Source of the DNA: Actibacterium mucosum KCTC 23349
Lineage (GTDB): Bacteria > Pseudomonadota > Alphaproteobacteria > Rhodobacterales > Rhodobacteraceae
Reading direction: 5' to 3'
NCBI RefSeq assembly: GCF_000647975.1
Contig: NZ_JFKE01000003.1
Span: 132,206 to 196,205 of the forward strand
DNA: 64,000 bases
The translations under genes and the position numbers were made by a program. A model generated the notes under the pieces. It searched no databases. It saw only the letters and a program-made list of their open reading frames with translations, and was not told the DNA's origin. Every line of letters starts with the position of its first letter. Position 1 is the stretch's first letter. Below are positions 50,767 to 59,913 of this stretch, one piece after another.

Positions 50767-51447
50767 ATGCACACATTCGGAAAACGCCTTTTGGATCGTC
50801 TGGACCGCATTCAGCTGCCCAGCCTGACCAAGGAGGTGCCGGTTGCGGTTTATGTCATCCACAACTCGCGCGACCCCGAGGATTACTTTTTCCTTTTCGA
50901 TTTTGAAGAGTTCGTATCCGCGTCGAATGCTGGATTTTTTGCGCGACCAAAGCTTCACCTGTTCGCAGGGCGCGACGACTTCAGCCGTTTGAAATTTGCG
51001 CGCCAATTTCGCGAGGTTTTCGCGACTGAATTTGACAACATGCGTAACGCGTTGGCCCAACAGAAGAAATCGGGCAGCGGCTGGCTGAGTTTTGGCTGGG
51101 ACTTGGGTGCGGCGACTTTGTTGTCGCTGCGTGGGGTTATCCCGACCCTTGTTCTTGGCTCGGCCCTTGCTGTTGGTGGCAGCCTTTGGATGTTGTTCGG
51201 CCGCGGCAAAAGCAGTGCGAAGCGTGCTGTCACCGCACAGTCGGTTGGTGAAGAAATCGAAAAGACCAAGTCTCAAGTCGAAGACGCCCTGACCCGGATT
51301 GAGGTGACAGTGCATCCCGAACTGCACGACTTTGCCTGGCGCGACGGGCCGCGTGGCCCCATCGGTGGCATGGACCGCAATGCCTGGCCGTTGCCCGATT
51401 ACGTGCGCGCCCACTTGAGCGACGGCAAAAGCGGGTCGTGGTGGTAG
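50767..51447 (+). CDS. hypothetical single-pass membrane protein encoded on the opposite strand between ybeY and phoH
   Basis: 226 aa. The frame is coding-like (GC3-biased) and has one strong TM segment (LGAATLLSLRGVIPTLVLGSALAVGGSLWMLF). No family was recognised. The overlapping minus-strand ORF translates as Arg-rich junk. Confidence 0.45.
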   Translation: MHTFGKRLLDRLDRIQLPSLTKEVPVAVYVIHNSRDPEDYFFLFDFEEFVSASNAGFFARPKLHLFAGRDDFSRLKFARQFREVFATEFDNMRNALAQQKKSGSGWLSFGWDLGAATLLSLRGVIPTLVLGSALAVGGSLWMLFGRGKSSAKRAVTAQSVGEEIEKTKSQVEDALTRIEVTVHPELHDFAWRDGPRGPIGGMDRNAWPLPDYVRAHLSDGKSGSWW

Positions 51448-52479
51448 TCACTTCGTCTGCGAGACGGCCTTGGCGTCGGCGGCGTCGTAGGCCTCGATGA
51501 TCTTGGCGACCAGCGGGTGGCGGACGACGTCTTTGGAGGTGAAATAGTTGAAGGCGATGTTCTTGATGCCCGACAGCAGGTTTTCGGCATCGCGCAGGCC
51601 CGATTGCACCCCGCGCGGCAAGTCTACCTGCGACCGGTCGCCGGTGATCACCATGCGGCTGCCCTCGCCCAGGCGGGTCAGGAACATTTTCATCTGCATC
51701 GTCGTGGCGTTCTGCGCCTCGTCCAGCACCACAAACGCGTTCGACAGCGTGCGCCCGCGCATGAAGGCCAGCGGCGCGATCTCGATCTTTTTCTCTTCGA
51801 TCAGCTTGGCCACCTGCTTGGCCGGCAGAAAGTCGTTCAGCGCGTCGTAAAGCGGCTGCATGTAAGGATCGACCTTGTCCTTCATGTCGCCGGGCAGATA
51901 GCCCAGCTTTTCGCCCGCTTCGACAGCAGGGCGCGACAGGATGATACGATCCACGTGGCCGCCAATGAACATGTTCACGCCCACCGCCACGGCCAGATAG
52001 GTTTTACCGGTGCCCGCCGGGCCGATGCCAAAGGCCAGTTCGTTGTCAAACAGCGCCTTCACATAGGCCTTTTGCGCCTGCGTGCGGGGTTCGACCAGCT
52101 TCTTGCGTGTCTTGATCTCGACCGCGTCGCCTTTGAACATCTCGATCTGATCACCGTCGCGCACGCCGGTGTCAGCGCCCGTGTCACCAAAGCGCAGCGC
52201 GGCATCCACGTCACCGCTTTCCAGCGCTTTGCCCGATTCGAGCCGGGCATAAAGTTGCTCAAGAACCTGCACCGCCTGTTCACGCATCTCACCCTCGCCG
52301 ACAATCGCCAATTGGTTGCCGCGACGCAGGATATGCACGCTCAGTTTCTGTTCGATACGTGCAAGGTTTTTGTCAAATTCCCCACACAGATCAATGAGAA
52401 GGCGGTTGTCGGGAAACTCAACCAGCACTTCGTGGTTGTCGCTCGGCTGAGACGGGGGGGTGGGTGCAGAAAAGCCCAA
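51448..52479 (-). CDS. phoH: PhoH-family ATPase (YbeZ-like)
   Basis: The P-loop GPAGTGKTYLAVA and a PhoH-like C-terminus are present. 343 aa. Confidence 0.85.
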   Translation of the reverse strand: MGFSAPTPPSQPSDNHEVLVEFPDNRLLIDLCGEFDKNLARIEQKLSVHILRRGNQLAIVGEGEMREQAVQVLEQLYARLESGKALESGDVDAALRFGDTGADTGVRDGDQIEMFKGDAVEIKTRKKLVEPRTQAQKAYVKALFDNELAFGIGPAGTGKTYLAVAVGVNMFIGGHVDRIILSRPAVEAGEKLGYLPGDMKDKVDPYMQPLYDALNDFLPAKQVAKLIEEKKIEIAPLAFMRGRTLSNAFVVLDEAQNATTMQMKMFLTRLGEGSRMVITGDRSQVDLPRGVQSGLRDAENLLSGIKNIAFNYFTSKDVVRHPLVAKIIEAYDAADAKAVSQTK

Positions 52480-52630
52480 ATATAGCCTCTTGAGATTAAA
52501 CCTGTACAGATATGGTGGCTGGGCCGTGCCAATAACGCAAGAGGCAGTCGCGATCTTTCACAGATTTGAATCAAAAAACCGCGCCCGGGGCAAAATGGGC
52601 GCGGTTCTTGGTGTCAATGTTGACGGTCGG

Positions 52631-52930
52631 TCAGACCGGGTCGCCGATGCCCGAACCCGACTTGAAGCCACCCACGGCCGTGCCGGGTTCACCTGCGCCC
52701 GAGCAGACCGGTTTGCCATAGCGGTCCAGCCGCTGCGACAGGTAACCTTCGATGCCGTCATCGATGATCCAGTGGTCACAACCGTTCGGGTCGGTCCAGA
52801 TACCGGCCTTCAATTCGGTCAGCGGCTTGGCGTCCAAACCGCGGTCTACGGTTTTGTTCTGCTTGGAGCCGACACATGCCGAGAGGCTGAGTGTGACCGT
52901 TGCCAGCAGCAATCCTTTAACAATCGTCAT
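52631..52930 (-). CDS. small lipoprotein sharing an N-terminal domain with the downstream OmpA-family protein
   Basis: The lipobox is LSLSAC. The shared domain reads GIWTDPNGCDHWIIDDGIEGYL...RYGKPVC. Confidence 0.5.
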   Translation of the reverse strand: MTIVKGLLLATVTLSLSACVGSKQNKTVDRGLDAKPLTELKAGIWTDPNGCDHWIIDDGIEGYLSQRLDRYGKPVCSGAGEPGTAVGGFKSGSGIGDPV

Positions 52931-52941
52931 GTTCCGCTCCC

Positions 52942-53526
52942 TCAGCGAATGCAAATAATCTCGACGCGCCGGTTCTTCTGCATGCCGGCGGCGGTACGGT
53001 TGGTGGCAACGGGCTGACGCTCGCCATAGCCGCGCACATCCACGATATTGGCGCCGACCGACTGGCCAACGGCGGCAACCGCATTGGCGCGGCGCAGCGA
53101 CAAGCCCATGTTGTATTCATCCGAAGCGCGGGCGTCGGTGTGGCCTGTGATCACGAAGGCACGGGCCGAAGAGGATTGAAAGAAACTGGCCAACCGTTGG
53201 CGCCCGGCCGCGTTGATATGCGACTTGTCGGTGGCAAACAGCTGATCCGAGGGCATCACACCGCAGGTGTTGCCACGGCGGCAGACAGGAATACCATCCC
53301 GGTTCACGTGGGGGGTCATGAATCCCTCCCAGCCATCATCCATCACCCAGTGTTCGCAGCCATCCGGATCAACCCAGATTCCCGGCACGTAACGCTCTTT
53401 ACGCTGCTGCGCGACAGACGCTGTCGCAACAAGCGACGCGGCCACAGCAGCCGACAGGAAAACTCCGACCAATTGGCGCGGATTTGGAAACAAATTCTTT
53501 AGCACGGTTTTGCCCCTTACATACAT
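52942..53526 (-). CDS. OmpA-family (peptidoglycan-associated) protein
   Basis: The C-terminal OmpA-like domain (VITGHTDARASDEYNMGLSLRRANAV ... RRVEII) is present. Its N-terminal domain, GIWVDPDGCEHWVMDDGWEGFM...RDGIPVC, is paralogous to the preceding lipoprotein. Confidence 0.65.
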   Translation of the reverse strand: MYVRGKTVLKNLFPNPRQLVGVFLSAAVAASLVATASVAQQRKERYVPGIWVDPDGCEHWVMDDGWEGFMTPHVNRDGIPVCRRGNTCGVMPSDQLFATDKSHINAAGRQRLASFFQSSSARAFVITGHTDARASDEYNMGLSLRRANAVAAVGQSVGANIVDVRGYGERQPVATNRTAAGMQKNRRVEIICIR

Positions 53527-53682
53527 CGCAGACCCCCGCCAGCGATACACGCGCGGACAGTCCCCCTAGATGCCGAGAGGGTACCAGAGTTCGTTACAAA
53601 AAAAAGAAATTTATCTATATATTGTGTCCAAAGCGGCAACAATCACAGCCACATGGCGCATTTGTTGGCATCTCCCCGGAAA

Positions 53683-55020
53683 TCAGTCTTCCAGAAGCGT
53701 GGCCGCCAGCGAATTCGTGGAGCTTTCCGTTACCCGAGCGCGAACAATCTGGCCTTTCAGGCTGATTGGACCGTCAAGATGCACAGCGTGCAGGTGCTGT
53801 GATTTGCCAACCAACTGCCCGTCCAGACGTCCGGGACGTTCGATAAGCACCTGAACTTCCTTGCCAACCATCGCTTGTTGGATCTCGGTTTGTTGCTGGT
53901 TCAGCAACGCTTGCAACCGTTGCAAACGGTCACTGGCCACGTCGGCGTCCACTTGCGACCGCTCGGCCGCAGGGGTTCCCGGGCGGGTGGAGTATTTGAA
54001 CGAATAGCACTGGCCGTACCGGACCTGCCGGACCAGTTCCAATGTGTCGTCGAAATCGGCATCGGTTTCCTCGGGGAAGCCCACGATAAAATCGCCCGAC
54101 AGCAGGATATCGGGCCGCGCGGCGCGGATGCGCTCGATCAGCTTCAGATAGCTTTCGGCGGTGTGGCTGCGGTTCATGCGTTTCAGGATACGGTCGCTGC
54201 CCGATTGCACCGGCAGGTGCAGATACGGCATCAGCTTGTCCACCTCGCCATGGGCGGCGATCAGGTCATCATCCATGTCGTTGGGATGGCTGGTGGTATA
54301 GCGGATGCGTTCCAGCCCATCCACCTTGGCCAGTTCGCGGATCAGGCGCGCGAGCGACCATTCGCCCCCATCCGCCGCGCCGTGATAGGCGTTTACATTC
54401 TGGCCCAGCAGGGTGATCTCGGCCACGCCGCGTTCGACCAGATCGCGGGCCTCGGCCAGCACGCGGTCAGCCGGGCGGCTGACCTCGGCGCCGCGCGTAT
54501 AGGGCACCACGCAGAAGGCACAGAACTTGTCACAGCCCTCCTGCACGGTCAGAAACGCCGTCGGGCCGCGCTTGGCCTTGGGGCGGGATTTGAGGTGGGC
54601 AAATTTGTCTTCCTCGGGGAAGTCAGTGTCCAGCGCGCGTTTGCCTTCGCGGATTTTCGCCTCCATCTCGGGCAGGCGGTGATAGCTTTGCGGACCCACC
54701 ACCAGATCCACCATAGGCTGGCGGCTCACGATCTCTTCACCCTCGGCCTGCGCGACGCATCCCGCAACACCGATCTTCAGATCAGGATTGGCCGCCTTCA
54801 GCCCCTTATAGCGCCCCAGCTCGGAATAGATCTTTTCCGCCGCCTTTTCGCGGATGTGACAGGTGTTCAGCAGGATCATGTCGGCATCGTCGGGGGTTTG
54901 TGTTTCCACATACCCCTGCCCGCCCAGCGCTTCGGCCATGCGTTCGCTGTCATAGACGTTCATCTGACAGCCATAGGTTTTGACAAACAGCTTTTTCGGC
55001 GCGGTTTTGGTATCGGCCAT
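53683..55020 (-). CDS. miaB: tRNA-i6A37 methylthiotransferase
   Basis: The radical-SAM cysteine cluster CDKFCAFC is present, together with the N-terminal MTTase domain (YGCQMN) and a TRAM C-terminus. Confidence 0.85.
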   Translation of the reverse strand: MADTKTAPKKLFVKTYGCQMNVYDSERMAEALGGQGYVETQTPDDADMILLNTCHIREKAAEKIYSELGRYKGLKAANPDLKIGVAGCVAQAEGEEIVSRQPMVDLVVGPQSYHRLPEMEAKIREGKRALDTDFPEEDKFAHLKSRPKAKRGPTAFLTVQEGCDKFCAFCVVPYTRGAEVSRPADRVLAEARDLVERGVAEITLLGQNVNAYHGAADGGEWSLARLIRELAKVDGLERIRYTTSHPNDMDDDLIAAHGEVDKLMPYLHLPVQSGSDRILKRMNRSHTAESYLKLIERIRAARPDILLSGDFIVGFPEETDADFDDTLELVRQVRYGQCYSFKYSTRPGTPAAERSQVDADVASDRLQRLQALLNQQQTEIQQAMVGKEVQVLIERPGRLDGQLVGKSQHLHAVHLDGPISLKGQIVRARVTESSTNSLAATLLED

Positions 55021-55063
55021 GATCGAGGTCCTGTCGCGGGGTTGGCCCTGCCCTTTACAGGGT

Positions 55064-55474
55064 TCAGCCCTGCGCCGCAATGGTCTGTGAGCCGCTCGCA
55101 AGGTCAGACAGGATCGGGCAATCGGGCCTGTTGTCACCGGCGCAGGAATGCACCAGCGCGGCAAGCGTGGCGCGCATGGCCTGCATCTCGGCCAGTTTGG
55201 CGTCAATCTCGGCCAGATGGGTCTGGGCGACGGCCTTGACCTCGGCGCTGGCACGGTTGCGATCGGCATACAGTTCCAGCAGGGCACGGCATTGTTCGAT
55301 CGAAAAGCCTAGGCGCCGCGCGCGCGCCAGAAAGGCAAGCCGGTGCAGGTCTTGATCCGAAAAGTCGCGATACCCGTTGGCCCCGCGGGCAGGCGTGATC
55401 AGGCCGATATCCTCGTAATACCGAATGGTCTTGGCGGGTACGCCCGCGCGTTTGGCAGCTTGCGAGATGTTCAT
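55064..55474 (-). CDS. cueR: Cu(I)-responsive MerR-family regulator (CueR/HmrR-like)
   Basis: The MerR HTH is [26 protein letters not shown]. The C-terminal metal-binding loop reads CAGDNRPDC (C-x7-C). The start lies inside the 3' end of copA. Confidence 0.75.
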   Translation of the reverse strand: MNISQAAKRAGVPAKTIRYYEDIGLITPARGANGYRDFSDQDLHRLAFLARARRLGFSIEQCRALLELYADRNRASAEVKAVAQTHLAEIDAKLAEMQAMRATLAALVHSCAGDNRPDCPILSDLASGSQTIAAQG

Positions 55475-57858
55475 GCGATCCCTCCGGCGTGGCGCAGCCT
55501 GAGCGCGTTGGCCAGCACGAAGAGGCTGGACAGCGCCATGGCGCCCGCCGCCAGCATGGGCGACAACAGCGTGCCTGTCACGGGGTAAAGCACCCCTGCA
55601 GCGACCGGAATCAGTGCAACATTGTAGCCGAAGGCCCAAAACAGGTTCTGCCGGATATTGGTCATGACCCGGCGTGACAGGAACAACGCGGACGCGACCC
55701 GGCCCGGATCGCCCGACATCAGCACCACATCGGCCGCGCCGATCGCCACATCGGTGCCGGTGCCAATGGCAAAGCCCACATCGGCCGCCGCCAATGCGGG
55801 GGCGTCGTTGATGCCATCCCCGACGAAACCCACATGATGGCCTTGTTTCTGCAGGGCATGAATATGCGAAAGCTTTTCGGCCGGGGACAAAGCGGCCTCG
55901 ACCCGGTCCATGCCCAGCGACGCCCCCACTGCATCGGCGGCCTCGGCCCGGTCGCCCGAAAGCATCAGCGTTTGAATGCCCTGGGTGCGCAGTGCGGCGA
56001 TGGCAGGGGCGGCTTCCGGTTTGACCGGGTCCTCGAACGCAAAGATCGCGCTCAGGGCCTCGTCAACGGCCATGTACACAAGGCTGGCCGTCACGCTGCC
56101 CGGTGGGTTCAGCATGTCGGTGGCAACGCCATGCAGCGCCAGCAGGTCGCGCTTGCCGATCAGGACTTTGCGCCCGTTGACCAAAGCCTCGGCCCCTTGC
56201 CCCGCAGTTTCGCGGATATCCGTGGCGGGGGTGTAGGCTGCGGGCGCGGCCGCGACCAGTGCCTGCGCAAGCGGGTGGGTTGACCCGGCCTCTACCGCGG
56301 CGGCGATGGCCAGCGCCTCGTGCCGGCTGATACCAGGGCCAAGGGCAATGTCCGTCATCACCGGCTTGCCGGCGGTCAGCGTGCCGGTTTTGTCGAAGGC
56401 GACAATGTCCAGATCCCCCACCGTCTGTAACGCCGCACCCTGGCGGAACAAGATCCCCTGCCCTGCCGCGCGACCGACGCCCACAACGATCGAGACCGGC
56501 GTCGCCAGCCCCATCGCGCAGGGACAGGCGATGATCAGGACCGACACCCCGGCCACCAGCGCCTGGTTCACCGCGCCCCCCAACAGCAGCCAAACCATCA
56601 CGGTCAGCGTCGCCAGGGCCAAAACCGCAGGAACAAACCACAGGGCGATCCTGTCAACCAAAGCCTGCACCGGCAGGCGCAACGCCTGCGCGGCACGCAC
56701 CATCGCGGTGATCCGCGCCAACGCGGTATCCGCGCCGACCGCGGTTGCACGATAGGTTAGAACACCGCCAGCATTAACCGTGCCCGCCGACAAGATGTCG
56801 CCCGGGGTTTTGGTCACGGGCAAGGGCTCGCCGGTCAACATGGCCTCATCCACTGCCCCTGTGCCTTCGATAACTTCTCCGTCCACAGCGACACGCGCGC
56901 CCTGGGGTAGCAGCAGGCGATCACCCGGCGCGACATCGGCAAGGTCCGTTTCCACAAACTGGCCTTCGCGCCAGACCGGCGCGGTATCCGGTTGCAGCCC
57001 GACCAGCGCGCGAATTGCGCTGTCGGACCGGGTTTTGGCGCGCGCCTCCAGCCAGCGACCGGTCAGGATCAAGGTGACGATGACACCGGCGGCCTCGAAA
57101 TAGACTGCGCGGGCTGTGTCGGGAAAAAGGGTTGGGGCCAACAGAACGAGGGTGGAGTACAAGAACGCCGCGCCAGCGCCCAGCGCCACGAGGCTGTCCA
57201 TGTCGGGGCTGCGGCGCAGAAGGCGACGAACGCCGTTCACCATCAGCCCGCGCCCCGGACCAGCCAAGACCGCGCCAATCAGCACAAGCTGCGCCGCCCA
57301 GAAGGGCACCGCGCCCAGCGACATCAGCGTGTGGTGCAACGGGGCCCAAAGATGCCCCCCCATCTCGGCCAGAAACACGGGCAGTGTCAGCAGCCCGGCC
57401 AGCAAGGCTCGCGCCCCGTCGCGCGGGGTGGCGGTCAGCGTGCCGGCCGGGCGTGCTGTCACCGGATATCCGGCACGTGCGGCCAGACGCGCCACCTCGG
57501 CCGCGGCGGCGGGGCTTGTCAGTGTGACATGCAGGCTATGATCGGTCAGCATTGCGCGGGCATCCAGAACCTCGGGCGCTTCGGCCACGGCCTTTTCGAC
57601 GCGAGCAACGCAGCTGCCACAGCTCATCGAGGGAACATGGAACTGCAATTCGGTCAATTCGGGGGGATATCCGACTTCCTGCAGGGCTTGCAGAACGGTG
57701 TGAGGATCGCCTTTGACGTTCAATCGCGCGCTCTGCGATATCGCGCTGACAGACACGTCAGACGCACCGGGTGTTGCCTCAAGGGCCCGCGTCACCTTTG
57801 CGGCGCATCCGGCGCAGTGCATGGCCGGTATCGAAAGTTCTATTGTTGCAACGGACAT
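55471..57858 (-). CDS. copA: copper-translocating P1B-type ATPase
   Basis: Two N-terminal HMA domains (MHCAGC and MSCGSC) are followed by CPC, DKTGTLT and GDGINDAPAL motifs. Confidence 0.9.
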   Translation of the reverse strand: MSVATIELSIPAMHCAGCAAKVTRALEATPGASDVSVSAISQSARLNVKGDPHTVLQALQEVGYPPELTELQFHVPSMSCGSCVARVEKAVAEAPEVLDARAMLTDHSLHVTLTSPAAAAEVARLAARAGYPVTARPAGTLTATPRDGARALLAGLLTLPVFLAEMGGHLWAPLHHTLMSLGAVPFWAAQLVLIGAVLAGPGRGLMVNGVRRLLRRSPDMDSLVALGAGAAFLYSTLVLLAPTLFPDTARAVYFEAAGVIVTLILTGRWLEARAKTRSDSAIRALVGLQPDTAPVWREGQFVETDLADVAPGDRLLLPQGARVAVDGEVIEGTGAVDEAMLTGEPLPVTKTPGDILSAGTVNAGGVLTYRATAVGADTALARITAMVRAAQALRLPVQALVDRIALWFVPAVLALATLTVMVWLLLGGAVNQALVAGVSVLIIACPCAMGLATPVSIVVGVGRAAGQGILFRQGAALQTVGDLDIVAFDKTGTLTAGKPVMTDIALGPGISRHEALAIAAAVEAGSTHPLAQALVAAAPAAYTPATDIRETAGQGAEALVNGRKVLIGKRDLLALHGVATDMLNPPGSVTASLVYMAVDEALSAIFAFEDPVKPEAAPAIAALRTQGIQTLMLSGDRAEAADAVGASLGMDRVEAALSPAEKLSHIHALQKQGHHVGFVGDGINDAPALAAADVGFAIGTGTDVAIGAADVVLMSGDPGRVASALFLSRRVMTNIRQNLFWAFGYNVALIPVAAGVLYPVTGTLLSPMLAAGAMALSSLFVLANALRLRHAGGIA

Positions 57859-57884
57859 CGCATTTCCCGGAATGGAATCTTAAC

Positions 57885-57926
57885 TTTACTGGCACATAAG
57901 GGTTCCACCAGCTGGAAGGTCAAGCC
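57885..57926 (-). promoter_or_regulatory. MerR-type copA promoter with a CueR-box dyad (CCTTCC-N7-GGAACC) embedded in a 19-bp spacer
   Basis: The minus-strand read is CTTGACCTTCCAGCTGGTGGAACCCTTATGTG. The -35 TTGACC overlaps the dyad and a -10-like TATGTG follows. The element is about 35 bp upstream of the copA ATG. Confidence 0.6.
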
Positions 57927-57992
57927 TGCATGATGGACCGCGAAGAAATCATCCTCTAAGGTCCGGGCAACGGGCGGAAAACTAGGTAAATC

Positions 57993-58856
57993 ATGCGTTA
58001 CAGGGATCTGAAACATTTCCTCAAGGATGGGGTGGGCGCGCTGGCCAAGGGCCCCATTGCGGTGATTTTCGTCGAGGACGAGATCGAGATCGATACGTCG
58101 GTCCGCCATCACCTGCACCTGGGTTTCCGGGCTGTACTGGTCTTGGCGCCGCCCGAATTGGCGCTGCCATCGGACCTGACGGAGCGCGTGCACCGGATCG
58201 ATACGCCCGTGTTCAATGATCTGGCCCTTGTCAGGGCCATGAACCAGATCATTCCAGCCGCTGAAGGGCAGTGGATATACTACTGCTATAACGCAGAATA
58301 CCTGTTCTTCCCGTTTTGCGAGACACGCACAATCGGCGAAATGCTGGCCTTTCACACCGAGGAACGCCGCGACGCGATGCTGACCTATGTGGTCGATCTG
58401 TATGCCGGCGACCTGGCCCAGTACCCGCAGGCCGTCTCACTGGAAGAGGCGATGTTGGACAAATCCGGCTATTACGCGCTGGCTCGCCCCGACGAGAACG
58501 AACACCCGCGCGAGCGGCAGCTGGACTTTTTTGGCGGGCTGCGCTGGCGGTTCGAAGAACACATTCCCAAGGAACGCCGCAAGATCGATCGCATTGCGCT
58601 GTTCCGTGCCAAGGCGGGTCTTCAATTGCGGCCCGACTACACGTTCAGTGACGAGGAGTACAACACGTATTCCTGCCCGTGGCATCACAACCTGACGGCG
58701 GCGATCTGTTCATTCCGCACGGCCAAGGCGCTAAAACTGAACCCCGGCTCAACCTTCGATATCTCAACCTTCGAGTGGCACAATTCGACCCGGTTCGAGT
58801 GGAATTCGCAACAATTGCTGGACCTCGGGTTGATGGAGCCCGGACAGTGGTTCTAG
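57993..58856 (+). CDS. hypothetical protein
   Basis: 287 aa with coding-like composition. No confident domain call was possible. Confidence 0.4.
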   Translation: MRYRDLKHFLKDGVGALAKGPIAVIFVEDEIEIDTSVRHHLHLGFRAVLVLAPPELALPSDLTERVHRIDTPVFNDLALVRAMNQIIPAAEGQWIYYCYNAEYLFFPFCETRTIGEMLAFHTEERRDAMLTYVVDLYAGDLAQYPQAVSLEEAMLDKSGYYALARPDENEHPRERQLDFFGGLRWRFEEHIPKERRKIDRIALFRAKAGLQLRPDYTFSDEEYNTYSCPWHHNLTAAICSFRTAKALKLNPGSTFDISTFEWHNSTRFEWNSQQLLDLGLMEPGQWF

Positions 58857-58860
58857 GCGC

Positions 58861-59076
58861 TTAGTCTACCCTGCAGCCGGTGCCGCCGATACCGTCGCCA
58901 TCTGCCGACGTGATGCAATCGGGGGTGTCGTGGGGGGCGTTCAGAACCTCTTCTTCCACCAGAACCGGCTCTTCGACCACGGCCTCGGGTGCCATGATGA
59001 CCGGATCGGTTATGGCGCAATTGGACAAGGTGACCAGTCCGACAATGGCCAAGCCTGCGCGAAGGTTCTTGTTCAT
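58861..59076 (-). CDS. small lipoprotein (hypothetical)
   Basis: 71 aa with the signal and lipobox LAIVGLVTLSNC. Confidence 0.35.
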   Translation of the reverse strand: MNKNLRAGLAIVGLVTLSNCAITDPVIMAPEAVVEEPVLVEEEVLNAPHDTPDCITSADGDGIGGTGCRVD

Positions 59077-59831
59077 TCTTGATCCCCCTTGGGATGATAG
59101 AAATAGGCGCCGGCACGGAACCGGTGCGGATGGTCGGGGTTGGTGGTCTTTTTCATCTCTGCTGCGCGGGAACTGAGATCCCGGAACAGTTTCATCTGGG
59201 CCGTGTGGTGCATCGATTGAAGCTTCGCCAGGTCATCTGCCGACAGGCCGGTATAATGCACGGCGCGTTCGAAATGCGGGGCGGGGTTGGTGGTGACATT
59301 ATCAGTGGCCGCATCCAGATGGTCCCCCACATTCGCCACCAGATAGGCGATCTGGTCGTCAGAGCCCGTGGCGGGCTGAAATGACGCCTCGATCAGTTCC
59401 ACCGCGCCGGTTTCGGCATGCACGCGCACGGTTCCCGCCGCCTCCAGCGCGTCCAGCATCGTGCGCGGGTGCACGTCGCGCCGAACAAACCGGGCAAGGT
59501 CTTCGAACGAAGGCGCCGCGCCGTTTTTCGGCAGGATGCGGGGCTGACCATTCGACAAGTAAGCCGCCTCGGTCTGCCAAAGCGCAACAAGCCGCGACAG
59601 GTGGTTCAAACGTTGCGGTTTGGGGGTAAAATCACGCAGCCGGGCGACATCACGCCGTTGCAGCCCGGTCATGACCGACAGTTTGCTGTCGGTCACTTTG
59701 CCTTCGGAAAGCGTCTGCGCCGCTTCGACGTAATGCGCTTTCAGCCGTTCAGCGAGATCCGGAAACGGAATGCCGCGTGCGACCATAAGCCGGGCAAAGG
59801 GCGCAAGAAGGGAATCGAGCATATCAAACAT
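59073..59831 (-). CDS. hypothetical protein
   Basis: The start is taken at MFDMLDSLL, though upstream in-frame Met codons exist. The gene is divergent to the VWA lipoprotein gene. Confidence 0.4.
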   Translation of the reverse strand: MFDMLDSLLAPFARLMVARGIPFPDLAERLKAHYVEAAQTLSEGKVTDSKLSVMTGLQRRDVARLRDFTPKPQRLNHLSRLVALWQTEAAYLSNGQPRILPKNGAAPSFEDLARFVRRDVHPRTMLDALEAAGTVRVHAETGAVELIEASFQPATGSDDQIAYLVANVGDHLDAATDNVTTNPAPHFERAVHYTGLSADDLAKLQSMHHTAQMKLFRDLSSRAAEMKKTTNPDHPHRFRAGAYFYHPKGDQE

Positions 59832-59838
59832 AATGTGC

Positions 59839-59897
59839 AATGTGCACATTTTTCTTGACTCGATCAAGCGACCCGATAAATGTGCAAATTACACATT
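59839..59897. promoter_or_regulatory. cluster of AATGTG/CACATT palindromes (perfect 12-mer AATGTGCACATT; AATGTG-N7-CACATT; CTTGA-N5-TCAAG) in the divergent intergenic region
   Basis: Read directly from the sequence. All three lie in the ~80 bp between the two divergent start codons. Confidence 0.35.
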
Positions 59898-59913
59898 TTT
59901 TGGAGACTCAAAA

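Noticed and set aside
49846-51447. 533-codon plus-strand ORF
   Set aside because: The 5' 300 codons are antisense to corC and ybeY. Only the segment from ATG 50767 onward has protein-like composition.
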